From assembly GCA_043228905.1 (NCBI GenBank), contig JBHGNT010000022.1, positions 5,642,001 to 5,706,000 on the forward strand: a DNA stretch of 64,000 nucleotides. The letters are read 5' to 3'. The first letter of the stretch is position 1. Each line of letters opens with the position of its first letter. The position numbers were made by a program, and so were the translations under genes. Source of the stretch: Azolla caroliniana (lineage: Eukaryota > Plantae > Polypodiophyta). Below, one piece after another: positions 23,791 through 36,766 of the stretch. The notes under the pieces were generated by a model. It had not been told where the DNA came from and searched no databases. It saw only the letters and a program-made list of their open reading frames with translations.

Positions 23791-26700
23791 TGTTACGGGA
23801 TATTATATGTTCATGCCCACCATGTTTTGGGCGCATGTATAACTACAAATAATTCCTTTTCTTGAATGGTATACCGACATTGAGCGCATGTTATGGGATA
23901 TTATATGTTCATGCCCACCATGTTTTGAGCGCATGTATAACTACAAATAATTCTTTTTCTTGAATGGTATACCGACATTGAGCAGAATCAAGTTTCGTAC
24001 TCTCAAATGCTATTGGTTTACCATCTTGATATAAGACAACACCTATAGCATAATCGCTTTCATCGGTTTCAACTTCAAAAGGTTTTGAAGGATCAAGTAA
24101 AAGAAGCGAAGGAGCCTTGCACACCAGATCCTTGAGTTCCTTAAAGGCGAGTTCTAGTGTAGCATGCCACACAATAGGTTTTCTAGACTTACACGTTTAA
24201 CCTTTTAGAAGATTAGTAAATGACGTCGTCAATTAGAAGAGCGAGATGATAGGCTGATGAACCAATGTGTTTGAGGACTTGAAAAGTTCCACAAAACCAT
24301 GGGGCTAACTTAGCGCACTTACCCGTAGACAATGTCTTAGAATTGTGAGGTACACGTAAAAATACCTTCTGTGAAGGGTTTAATACACAAGGTTCCCTAT
24401 AATGATCGGCATAAAAACATGCTCTATCTTGAGCTGTTTTTATATTATCTTGTGCATATGCAACATATCTTGCATATCCCGAACAAAGTTTTGCGTACTT
24501 CGCAACTCATCATGATGTATATTAACATCAATCGGTGCTCGTGGCTGAAAACCATACATCAATATAAAAGGACTATATCCCGTCGAGGTATGCTTGGAGC
24601 TGTTATAAGCAAACTCCAAATTTGGGAGATAACGTTCCCATTTTGTTGGTTTTTCACCAACGTATGCTCAAAGCATGTACTCAATAATTTTATTTACTCA
24701 TTTTGTCTGTCCATCGGATTGAGGATGATCCATGGAGCTCATGCTCAACGTAGTTTCTAACTTCTTAAAGAATTGCCTCCAGAAATCGCTAGTAAACTTT
24801 GGATCTTGATCACTCACGATATCCATCGGTAACCCATATAAACGAAATAACTCGTCAACAAATTGGTAAGACAATTTAGGAGTTGTTAGCATGGTTTTAG
24901 TAGCAATAAACCATAGATATACTTTCCCAATTATTATTGGGAATGTCCAAGGGATGTAAAAGTCATGTGGCTTTAAGTCGCTCGGCTTTATTAACCTGAC
25001 ATTGGTGACATTTAGTCACATAACTATGTATCTCAAGACGCATTTTAGGCCAATAGAATTGAGTGGAGATGAGAATGAGTGTACGATGTATTCTAGGGTG
25101 CCCTGCTAAGGGTGCATCATGGTATTCAAAAACAATTCTCTATTTGACCTCAAGAAAATCTAGAACACAAACCTTCCAATTACGGTAGAGCAGACTGTTA
25201 GCAATGTGGAAGGATTCCTTCGAGGATGTGGTGGTGTCTATTCCAGAATCAACTCTTGCCTAGTATTTTGCAAAATAACTGTCATCAAGATACTTTTCTC
25301 AAAGGTGATCATAAAGATCTTTTGTTATTTCAGTGAAACTAAGCATGTTAACTTCACGGATGCGATTTACTACATTAGCGACAGTGTTCATGGAACCTTT
25401 ACGATATCATAAGGAAAAATTAAAGTCCTAGATGAGATCAGCCCATTGTGCCTTATGACCTTTCAGGTCTTGTTGGTCACAGAAATATTTCAAGAATTCG
25501 TGGTCCGTAGTTACCAGAAAATGATTTCCATAAAGATAATGGTGCCATGTTTTGAGCGCATGTATAACTGCAAATAATTCCTTTTCTTGAACAGTATACC
25601 GACATTGAGCAGAATCAAGTTTCTTACTCTCAAAATGTTATTGGTTTACCATATTGATATAAGACAACACCTATAGCATAATCTCTTGCATCGGTTTCAA
25701 CCTCAAAAGGTTTTGAAGGATCGGGTAAAAGAAGCGAAGGAGCCTTGCACACCAGGTCCTTGAGTTCCTTAAAGGCGAGATCTAGTGTAGCATTCCACAC
25801 AATAGGCTTTGTAGACTTATGTGTTTGACCTTTTAGAATATTAGTAAATGGTGTCGTCAATTGGGAGTAATTACAAAGGGATTTTCGCAAAAACCCAACA
25901 AAACCAAGGAATGATCGAACTTCTCGAATATTCCGAAGAGTGGGCCAAAGTTTGATTTTCTCGATGTGAGAAGGATCAATTTCAACTCCTCGTTCGGTTA
26001 TGAGATGTCCAAGACAAGTAATTGATTTCTTGAAGAACTCACATTTTGAGATCTTCACGTAAAATTGCTTGTGGCGCAATGTTTGTAAAACAAAGCGGAC
26101 ATGTTTAACATGTTCTTCTAATGTACGACTATAAACTATAAGATCATCCAAGAAAATAACGACAAATTTTCCAAGTTGTTCTCGGAAAATTTCATTCATT
26201 TCTTGTTGAAATGTGGCTAGACCATTGGTCAAACCAAAAGGCATAACCAAAAATTCATAATGGCCATAGCACATACAAAATGTTGTTTTAGGAACATCGT
26301 CCTCACTTATACGAATTTGATGGTAGCCCGTACGGAGATCAAGTTTTGTAAAATACCGAGCTCCCTGGAGACGATCAATTAGATCGCCAGCCCGGGGCAA
26401 TGGATACGAATTCTTGATTGTCACTTTATTCAAGCGTCGGTAATTAATACACATACGCCATGTGCCCTCTTTCTTTTTAACCAAGAGAACTAGTGCACCC
26501 CATGGAGATTTACTATAACGTATATAACCCATTTGTAAATAGTCCTTGAGTAGCTTAGATACCTCATCTTCTTCGGATTGACTTAAGCAATAAGGAGGTA
26601 TACTTATTGGTGCAACGCCAGGTACAATATATATACGATGGTCTATATTACGTTTAGGAGGTAACCCATGTGGTAGTTCACTTGGGAAAACATCATGAAA

Positions 26701-27852
26701 ATCATTTAAGATTTCATCGAGTTGTTGTTGTTCAAAATATGATAATTGAACCAAGACATTATCGATTTTGTAAACCTGATTGTCCAGATCAAGTACACAA
26801 TAAAATAAAGAAGAAAAAGAGCACTCGAATATTGATGGAGAGGAAACAATCGAAAGAGATTGTTTATTTACACATTCAATAAAATGAGTACAATCGTTCA
26901 AAACAAAGGAGATGGAATGGTGAACCCAATCAATAGACAAAGAAGAGTTCTTATTATAAAACAAGGGATAACCCAATATTACATCAATGGTACAAAGATT
27001 CATTACATGGAAGTCTACTTCCTCTATATAAGTATCAATAGAAATTCCTAATGAATGAATCACCCCGTTGACGTACTGTACTCTTCCATTAGCCAAGTGC
27101 ACCCTATATGTGTGATCACTTACGGTGGGTTGGATTCCCCATATCTGAACCAAACCATCATTCACAGAATTGTGTGAGCTTCCCCTATATGTGTGATCAC
27201 TTTCATAAAAATTGTACGAGAGATCCATTGATATACCTGTTTGCACGTAGTAAATCATTGGGTCCCAATACATAGTGAGGGAAAGAACATTGCCAATTAC
27301 TTAAATGATGTGTATAGACCTGAAGGACATTAGGAATCTAACCTTTATGGTCGGCAACTTTTGTTTTGCTGTCGTGCTCTTTTCGTTGGAGCTTTTGACA
27401 TTGCTCTTTTGTATGACCCTTCTTTTTGCAGAATATGCAAAAAAGATGTTGTCGCTTACAATCGCGATCCATGAATTCGTTGGGTGTCTTTTGTTTCCCA
27501 TCGAATTGTGACTGTTTAGTCCTAGGCACTTTGTTCGGTTTGTTATGGTCCTTCGAAGTTCGTTGATAGAGAAAAACTATTTCAACGGCCTCTTCGAAGG
27601 ATTTTGGATCCTTATCATGTACTATCCAGTAATAGTCTGAATTGGGGATGCCATTGACAAAACAAGCTATCAACCAATTGTCCCCTTCTAGACCTGATTT
27701 TTGGATTTGGGTTCTAGCATGGTGAACATGGTCTTCTAGCGAGGAAAACTTCATGCTAGAGAGGTTCATCAAAATTTTGTGTTGCCTCTGTTCGAGATGG
27801 AGGTTGCATGAAATTGGTCGTTGAAAACTGTGACAAATATCTGTCCAGGTAT
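23791..27852 (-). mobile_element. Gypsy-0, degenerate rearranged chromovirus-like Ty3/gypsy element
   Basis: gag with CIFCKKKGHTKEQC (27338-27772); PR-RT-RH ORF 25630-27273 (KLDLRTGYHQIRI, MPFGLTN, FLDDL, VETDA); integrase remnants at ~24340-25200 (SDQDPKFTSDFW, HPQSDGQT). Probable 5' LTR end tgtgaca at 27829, cut by Gypsy-2. Confidence 0.85.
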
Positions 27853-28304
27853 TGTCAAGAATAGTACTAAAACAGAGAGAGAATTAGTACTAGAGAAGGG
27901 AAGTACCATTAGTACTAAGAGGATGGGACTGCGTAAGACTCTCGAGAGAGAGAGGAAAGAGAAGAGGAGAGAGAGAGGGATATAGTGTGGACGAGAGAGA
28001 GAGAGAGATGATGATAACAGATGATATATTATAGGAAGAGTAAGCACAAGATGGCTATGAGGCTTAAGACTGGCGTTGAACCAATTTGGTTCAACATAAT
28101 GCCTAGTGCCTTCTTTTATAGTGTTCTCAGGAGTAATCCTGAAGCTTCTAGAATTTTCTAGAGAAATCTGGAATATACATTAATTTCCTATAATAAAAGT
28201 TAAATGAAAATAATATTCTACGTATTACAATGGATGATATAATGGTTAAGAGTTCGATCCATATAATATAAGGTCATGGGTTCGAGTCTTGCCATATCAT
28301 GACA
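27853..28304 (-). repeat. Gypsy-2 3' LTR
   Basis: Reverse complement is homologous to the Gypsy-1 LTR (tgtcatgatatggcaagactcgaacccatgacc...cttgaca). Confidence 0.93.
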
Positions 28305-28344
28305 CTATCTCCCCCTTAAGACGACGAGTGGAACGAGTCGGCGC

Positions 28345-28530
28345 AAATTGCAGACCGGGTTTGTCCGGATACTTTCGATGGAACTCAACCAGAAGATCCT
28401 GAGCATTGGCAACATGCTCGACGGGTTCCCAAGTACGTTCGCTCGGACTATAGCCGAGCCAATCGACCAAATAATAAAGTTTGTTGCGAACAAGTTTGGA
28501 GTCGAGGATGGCAGCAACTTCATACTCCGG
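28345..28530 (-). other. Intact-looking group I chromodomain at the Gypsy-2 integrase C-terminus
   Basis: [46 protein letters not shown]. Aromatic cage residues Y/W/Y are present. Confidence 0.88.
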
Positions 28531-29177
28531 GCCGGCTTCTAACTCAAGCGGGGGCGGTGGTGGTGTTACACGATCGGGAATAGTGTTTGCTTGATAAGGT
28601 TCAAGAAGAGAGCTATGGAAAACCGGATGTATCTGAAGATGCGGAGGGAGATCAAGGCGGAACGTGACATCATTAACCTTACTAGTAAAATACGGAAAGG
28701 ATCGAGTTGTCGATAATCCAACTTGTCGCACGGTCGAGTAGTCTTGATGTGACGACGTAAGAGCCATACTCGATCTCCGATGACAAAAGAGGAGGGAAGC
28801 CGATGACGATCCGCATAAGTCTTCTGTGTGTGTTGAGCATGACAAAGATGAGTAGAGAGATCCATCTGGATCTCGCGTAGCCTCTCCAAATGATCCCCGG
28901 CACACGGATTGGTAGGTAGCTCCGAGGTGTCGATCACCGACCAGCAAGGATGAGAACCAGTATAAGCATAAAATGGGGAGACCCAAGTCAAGGAGTAAAC
29001 AACATTATTATATGCAAACTCCGCAAAGTGGAGAATCTCAGCCCAATCGTCCTGTTGATAACTCAAAAAACACCGAAGATATTGTTCCAGTGTTTGGTTT
29101 GTTCGTTCCGCCTGCTCATCAGTTTGGGGATGGTAGCCGGAGGAGAGGTTGCAAGAGACCTTGAGCATCTTGAAGAG

Positions 29178-32100
29178 TGTTCGGAGACAGGTCCCTCCGG
29201 ATGGGAAGGGAGAAGTGCTGATGAACAAACTTGGCCGAGGCCGAAACCGTATGACGAGTACCCAACTACGGAGAGCCGGATGGTGTAGACCCGGTGAGAA
29301 CTGGATGAGGAGTACCCGGCTACGGAGACCCGGATGGTGCAGACCCGGTGAGAACCGGATGAGGAGTACCCGGCTACGGAGAGCCGGATGGTGCAGACCC
29401 GGTGAGGAGTGCTCACCGGATGAAGAGACATATTCGTAAATATGTTTCTGAGAGTCCATCATGGCTATATTTGTAAATAGCCGAAAAGTCATATTAGTAT
29501 AAATATGACTTAGGGCAAACTTTTAGAGTGGTTGTTATTCTTGTTGGTGCCAGAAGAGAGAGAGCGTGTAACTGTGTACAGAGAGAGGGAGAGAGAGAAA
29601 GAGGTCGTTGCCTCTGTTGAAACCGCCGCATGTGGCGAAGATCGTGAGCACAAGGTCGTTGCCTCCGTGAACTCACTGTTGTACATTCTAACATAGTGAT
29701 AGTTTGCAGTCTATGGGCTGCCGTGGTTTTTTTTCCTAGTTTGGGGTTTTCCACGTAAACATCTTGTGTAGTCTTCTCTTCTTTGTGTCGTGCATCTATT
29801 TCCCGTTTTCTGTGTATGATTCTAAGCTCGGTTGTGACCGAGCATTGCGTATAGGGAGCATGCAGTTCTCGTCAAGTGGTATCAAAGCGAAAAGACATAG
29901 AAAATGGACGATTCGTTGGGAGGCATGTTCAAGCTCACCAGCTCCAACTATTCGGTGTGGAAGTCAAAGATGAGGGACATGCTCGTGGTTAAAGACCTTT
30001 GGCTGGCAGTTCAGTTCGGGGACAAGAGACCGGACAAAATCGACGCCGCGATATGGGAGGTGATGCACATGAAGACAACGGCGTACATACGGTGCTTCAT
30101 CAACATGAGCCTGTACAACAACTTCAATGAAGAGAGCAAGGCTCATGAGCTCTGGGAGAAGATCGTCATAATGTTTCAAAACAAAAATGCTGTTAATCAG
30201 GTTTCGGTATTCCAGAAGCTAGTAAGACTCCGGTACCAAGATGGCTCCAGCATGGCGGAGCACATGAATGCCTTCTAGGGGCTGATCCACCAGGCAACTT
30301 CGTTGGAAGTACCTCTTGCCGATGAGGTACTAACGCTACTCCTGCTCGGTTCCCTCCCGGATAGCTGGGAGACGTTGGTTGTCACTTTGGGCAACGCCGG
30401 GCCAGAAGGAAAGCGGTTATCCTAGCAAGAGTAAAGTCGAGCTTCCTAGATGAGGAGGCGCATCGGAAAGATAAACATACGAGCTTCGACTCCAAAACGC
30501 TCCTTACTAAATCGGAACGAGGAAGACATAGAAACCGTAGTCCCCAGAACCGGGAGAAGTCGGGGACACGGTCAAAGTCAAGGGGGAGGCCTACTTGCTT
30601 CTATTGCGGCAAGCCGGGACACTTCCAGAAGAACTGTCGGCATTTCCGAAAGGACAAGGAAACCAACGGTACCGATTCGAAGCGGATACCGGACCAGAAC
30701 AGTAAAGTCCGGAGGGGGACGGACTGGAAGGGGACGACGGCAATCGCGGCAAGTGAAGAAGAGTCGATGCTCATCACCGAGGAGAGTGAGATAAACCTTG
30801 CCGGCGACGAGATGACCTGGGTGGTCGACTCCGGAGCATCGTTCCACCTTACCCCGGAACGGAAATGCTTCTCATCCTACTCAGCCGTTGATCACGGCTG
30901 TGTCCGGATGGGGAATGAAGGTACATGCTAAATTGTCGGCATAGGAGACGTATGGCTATCAACACAAACCAGATGCAAGACGCTGCTGAAAGATGTTCGA
31001 CACGTTCCAGAGGTTCGTCTGAACCTGATATCAGCTGGTCGGCTAGATGATGAAGGCTACACGAGTAGTATCCGGAACGGTGTTATGAAGTTCAGCAAAG
31101 GGAGCCTAATTGTGGCTCGGGCCCGGAAGGTCAACGCATTGTACCTGATGAATGCCCGGTTATGTCCGGAAGAACTGAACGTGGCATCCGACATTGCCGG
31201 TGAGCTGTGGCACAAGAGGCTGTGTCATATGAGCGAGAAGGGGATGAAGAGGCTCGCAGACGACAACCTCGATCCAGTGAAGAACGTGCACTTGGAGAAG
31301 TGCATTGATTGTCTGGCCGGTAAGCAAAACCGGACCTCCTTCCGACCAAGGCCACTGACGAGACGTAATGCACCACTGGAGTTGGTGCATACGGATGTGT
31401 GTCAAGTAGACACGAAGTCACATGCCGGAGCGCAGTACTTCGTGACGTTCATAGATGACCACAGTCGGAAGCTGTGGGCCACACCGTTGAAGACGAAGGA
31501 TCAAGTGCTATCCGTCTTCAAAGAACTCCACGCGAGAGTGGAAAGAGAAACCGGCCAGAAGCTGAAGGCGGTTCAAGCAGATAACGGAGGAGAATACCGG
31601 GGGCAGTTCGAGGTGTACTACCGCTCGAATGGAATCCGGCTCAAATTTACCGTGCCAAAGACGCTGGAACTAAACGGACTGGCCGAGAGGATGAACCGGA
31701 CCATAATGGAGAGGGTTCGGAGTATGCTAGCGCATGCAAAACTACCCAAGAAGTTTTGGGCTGAGGCATTGTCGATGGTGACATATGTGATAAATAGATC
31801 ACCCTCAGTACCCTTGGACGGAGACACGCCACAGAGAGTATGGACCGGTAAGGAAGTATCCTACCGGCATCTGAAGGTGTTCGGGTGTCTCGTGTACGTG
31901 CATGTAGCTAAGGACCGGAGAGGAAAGTTAGATCCAAAGACCCGGCCATGCATATTCCTTGGTTACGGTGACGATGAGTTTGGATACCGAGTGCGGGACC
32001 TGGTCGACAAGAAGGTATTCCGGAGTCGAGATATTATCTTCATGGAGGACAAGACGCTCGCTGACTGGGATTCGGAGAAGAAGATAATGAACTCTGAGTC

Positions 32101-34464
32101 GACCGGTAAGGATCGACTCTACGATGAGCAGATCCAACCGGGAAGAGACCGGTTAGCACTCGAGGGACCAGCCGGTTACGGTGAGGATACCGAACAGGTT
32201 GAAGAAGAAGTAGAGGAAGCTGAAACCGGAACCGGCCAAGACCCCGAATCAGATTCGGATGAAGAACAAATGGAGGAGCCGGTTACCGAAGCCCGAAGAC
32301 GGAGATATCCTCTCAAAGAGAGAAGGGCGCCCCGGAGATTTCCGGATGCAGAGCATGTTCTGCTGACCGATGAGGGGGAGCCGGAAAGCTTCGAAGAAGC
32401 GAAGGATGACACCCACAGCCGCAAATGGTTAAGTGCCATGCAGGATGAGATGGATTCCCTGCATGAGAACCATACGTACGAATTGGTGGAGTTGCCGAAA
32501 GGAAAGCGGGCACTCTGAAACAAGTGGGTGTACAAGTTGAAACCGGGAGATGTCGACAACCCCCCGAGATACAAAGCCAGGACCGTGGTGAAGGGGTTCC
32601 AACAGAAGAAGGGCGTGGACATCGACGAGATATTTGCCCCGGTAGTAAAGATGACCTCCATCCGGACGTTGCTGAGTATGGCGGCAAGCATGGACCTCGA
32701 GGTAGAACAGCTAGACGTGAAGACGGAATTCCTTCACGGCGACCTCAAAGAGGAGATCTACATGCAGCAACCGGAGGGATTTGTGGAGAAAGGTAAGGAG
32801 CACCTAGTTTGCCGGTTGAAGAAGACCCTCTACGGGTTGAAGCAGGCTCCCCGTCAATGGTACCGGAAGTTTGACTCCTTCATGGCTGATCAAGGGTACC
32901 ACAAGATGCAGGCCGATCACTGCGTGTTTGTGAAGAAGTTTGATGGAGGCGACTTCCTGATACTCCTTCTATACGTGGATGACATGTTGATCGTCGGATG
33001 AGACCAAGTCAAAATACGGATGCTGAAGAAGGCCCTCAACCAGACCTTCTCAATGAAAGACTTGGGTCCGGCAAGACAGATGTTGGGGATGCATATTATC
33101 CGGAACCGGTCAGTGAAGCAATTATGGCTGTCACAGGAGAAGTACGTGACAAAGGTGCTTCACCGGTTCAACATGTCAGAGGCGAAACCGGTCGGATCGA
33201 CACTTCCGGCAAACTGCAGCCTATCCGGTAAGCAAAGCCCGAAGACGAAAGCAGAGAAGGCGGATATGATGAAGATTCCATATGCCTCTGCCGTTGGGAG
33301 CTTGATGTACGCAATGGTGTGTACCCGACCGGATATAGGATACGCAGTCGGAGTGGTGAGCCGTTTTATGAGCAATCCCAGCAAGGAGCACTGGAACGCG
33401 GTCAAATGGATACTCTGGTATTTGAAGGGCACTTCAAATATGTGTCTCCGATTCGGCTCTGGGAAACCTCAACTTGACGGTTTCACCGATTCGGACATGT
33501 CGGCTGATGTGGATACCAACCGGTCTACATCCGAGTATGTAATGACATATGCAGAGGCGGAGTACATGGCGGCTGTGGAAGCCGGCAAGGAAATATTATG
33601 GATGAAGGACTTCATCGGAGAGCTCGGTATCCGGCAAGATGAATACTGACTCTATTGCGACAGTCAAAGTGCCATCCATCTTGCTAAGAATGCGGCCTAC
33701 CATTCCCGGACGAAGCATATCCAGCGAAGATATCACTGGATTCGGGAAAGAGTAGATGACCAGGAGTTCGCACTGACGAAGATCCACACGGCCGAGAACG
33801 GGTCAGATATGCTGACCAAAGTGCTGATACCCGACAAGCTGGATGCATGCCGGAAGAGGATCGGACTAGTAAGACACCCCATGCTGGAGTGAAGGGGGAG
33901 TTTGTTGGGAGACAGGTCCCTCCGGATGGGAAGGGAGAAGAACAGTGCTAAACCGGATGAGGAGTACCCGGCTACGGAGAGCCGGATGGTGCAGACCCGG
34001 TGAGGAGTGCTCATCGGATGAAGAGACATATTCGTAAATATGTTTCTGAGAGTCCATCATGGCTATATTTGTAAATAGCCGAAAAGTCATATTAGTATAA
34101 ATATGACTTAGGGCAAACTTTTAGAGTGGTTGTTATTCTTGTTGGTGCAAGAAGAGAGAGAGCGTGTAACCGTGTACAGAGAGAGGGAGAGAGAGAAAGA
34201 GGTCGTTGCCTCTGTTGAAACCGCCGCCTGTGGCGAAGATCGTGAGCACGAGGTCGTTGCCTCCGTGAACTCACTGTTGTACATTCTAACATAGTGATAG
34301 TTTGCAGTCTGTGGGCTGCCGTGGTTTTTTTTCCTAGTTTGGGGTTTTCCACGTAAACATCCTGTGTACTCTTCTTGTTGTGCATCTATTTCCCGTTTTC
34401 TGTGTATGATTCTAAGCTTGGTTGTGGCCGAGCGTTGCATATAGGGAGCGTGCAGTTCTCGTCA
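29178..34464 (+). mobile_element. Copia-2, full-length Ty1/copia element (same family as Copia-1)
   Basis: LTRs at 29178-29874 and 33903-34464. PBS TGGTATCAAAGC at 29877-29888. PPT gaagggggag at 33891-33900. TSD AAGAG (29173-29177 / 34467-34471). Confidence 0.95.
29904..33892 (+). pseudogene. Copia-2 gag-pol with several nonsense mutations and frameshifts
   Basis: MDDSLGGMFKL.., CFYCGKPGHFQKNC, WVVDSGAS, integrase ORF 31085-32518, RT LLYVDDML, RNase H. Stops at 30276, 32516, 32999 and 33647. Confidence 0.94.
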
Positions 34465-35116
34465 AGAAGAGATGCTGCCAAAATTTGGAGACGAATTGAG
34501 GTCCTCGGTCACATATGATACTATCTAGGAGGCCATGATGGCGAAATACCTCACGCATGACAAGGGTGGCGGTTTCGTCGCTAGTGATGGCCTTAGTACA
34601 CAACACAAAATGTGCCATCTTAGTATATCGATCGACGACGGTTAAGATAGCATCGAACCCCTTCGAGACCAGCAGATCTGTGATAAAATCAAGACAAATA
34701 GACTACCACGGCTTACTTGGAATCGGTAAGGGTTCCAACAAGCCATATGGATGATGTCGGGGCATCTTTGCTCGGCAACAAGCATCACAAGTCCGAACGT
34801 AGTCATCGACAAAACGTCACAAATGGGGCCACCAAAAAGATCGTTGAACAAGATCCAACGTCTTAGTACTACCAAAATGTCCCGCTGTATGGGTGTCGTG
34901 ACAATTTTGGACGATTTGAAGGCGACAGGAGCAATCGGGGACATATACAAGATTTTTAATGAATAACAAACCATCATGATATTCGAATTGTTGGTAGTCC
35001 ATACCTGGTTGTTGAGATTGAGAACAGGATGCCCGAGAGGTATCAATGTGCGCCAGAATGTCTTGAGCAAAATTGTCTGTCTTCAAGTTCGCACGTTGTC
35101 ACGTTGTTACGTGCGT

Positions 35117-36015
35117 TGTCGGGGTAGTTGTGGTTTGTGCGGCGAAGTCGCAGGGACTAAGGTTAAGGGGAGTTGAAGGAACTTTTATAAGGCTTGCGCG
35201 CAAATGTTAGGAAGATAAAGGATATGAAGAATAATAGTTTAAAGTAATATGTGTGAGAGAGAAACTAGTATAGATAAAAGATAGAGGCAATGTATGATTC
35301 AAGACGCAAGATAGAGACAAAGTATGATTTAAGACAAAAAAGTATATGATATGAACATGATGTGTATTACGAATACAAGATTTTACCAACCTTACAATGT
35401 TTGGTAGCAAGATGAACCCTTTCTCTACCGACCCTTGATTCGAACTCTTGACTCCAACTTGCAAACACGAGCGTCTTCACCAACAAGCTAACTTGTTTGT
35501 TTTTATTATTATCTTATTTCTCTAACTTTCTCTTGATTCCCCTCTTGTTTTCCTTGCCCCTCTTTATATAAGTGTTGCCATGCATATGGTAATGTATGGG
35601 AGCATGGCATGCATGCAATGCATGAGTTACATGTAATGCATGATCGCCATTTGGCGCACATGTATTGCACATGATGCATGGTAGCCATCATGCTTACTTG
35701 AGCTCCCATATAGATATGGGATAAGTATAATGATGAAAATGCATTCTAAAATAATTAACCTAGCTTAGTGGTGTATACTTTGTGTTTGGCATACAAGGTT
35801 GAGAGTTCAAGTCTCTCAATTTTACTTAATACAATATATAGCTTCATTCTTATATCATGAAGCACATTTATTACACACTTTTACAAATAAATAGCCTAGC
35901 CTAGTGGTATGTACATTGTATTTCGTATATAAGGATGTGGGTTCAAGTCTCTCAAATATTATTAAATACAACATCTAAGATCATTTTTATATCGTGAAGC
36001 ACATTCTTCACGACA
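35117..36015 (-). mobile_element. Solo LTR (Gypsy-3-related termini) inserted in the Gypsy-3 3' LTR
   Basis: tgtcgg...cttcacgaca with 4-bp TSD GCGT (35113-35116 / 36016-36019), confirmed against the uninterrupted LTR at 42332. Minus-strand TATA at ~35563-35570. Confidence 0.88.
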
Positions 36016-36766
36016 GCGTGCGTGTAGAAAGAGGCGGGACCACGGGGGCCTTGAACCGAGGAGCGAGAGAGGGAGAGAGAGAGAGAGAGAAGAGAAGAGA
36101 AGAGAAGATTTGCAGATACGCAAAAGGGAGAGGGAAAGAGAAAGAAATGGCACACTTAATTACAGTAACAGTCGATTAAAATATCCAAAGATTGCAAACT
36201 CTAACGATTACAGCCGGCAAGGCGACGATGGACCCGATACGGGGATCCTACTCACGCACACATACAGAACACACTCGACTCAAAGAAACAAAAAGGGGAG
36301 AGCCTCTGTTGGAAGCACACGGGCTGTCCACGAAGCAGAGGCAGCGAACTCCCGACACCCACAGAGACCGACGATCGAAGGAGAAGAGAGAGCTCGGCAC
36401 TCAGTTCTGCAATAGCACTTCGTCCTCGCCAACGCACGATCCTCTTTCCTCCTTCTCTCCCTCCATAAATAGTTCGCAAAAGGGGACCGTTCTTCCCTCG
36501 TCAAATCGCTTTATTCCCTGTCCCTTTTGACAGAGATACGCACCAATCTTCTAATAAATATGTACTACCTAGTATTTACATCAACCGACCTAATTATGAA
36601 TTATGTTCACAATATCAATTCTCCCGTCCACCTATGTGAGCGCTGGTTTATGCGTCTTTTTCTCCGATTCCGCCTATGGCCGGTTTTCTTCATGACATCC
36701 ACCCCCACCAAACTGCGCATCTACCGGCATGCGCTAGAGACGGGTAGATACCGAAGAGAATCGGCT

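Noticed and set aside
28566-29492. 308-aa ORF as a novel gene
   Set aside because: Chimeric read-through from Copia-2 LTR repeats into the Gypsy-2 integrase.
35761-35820. Functional tRNA-Pro(TGG) gene
   Set aside because: No acceptor stem and a poor D-stem. It lies inside an LTR, so it is reported only as a tRNA-like module.
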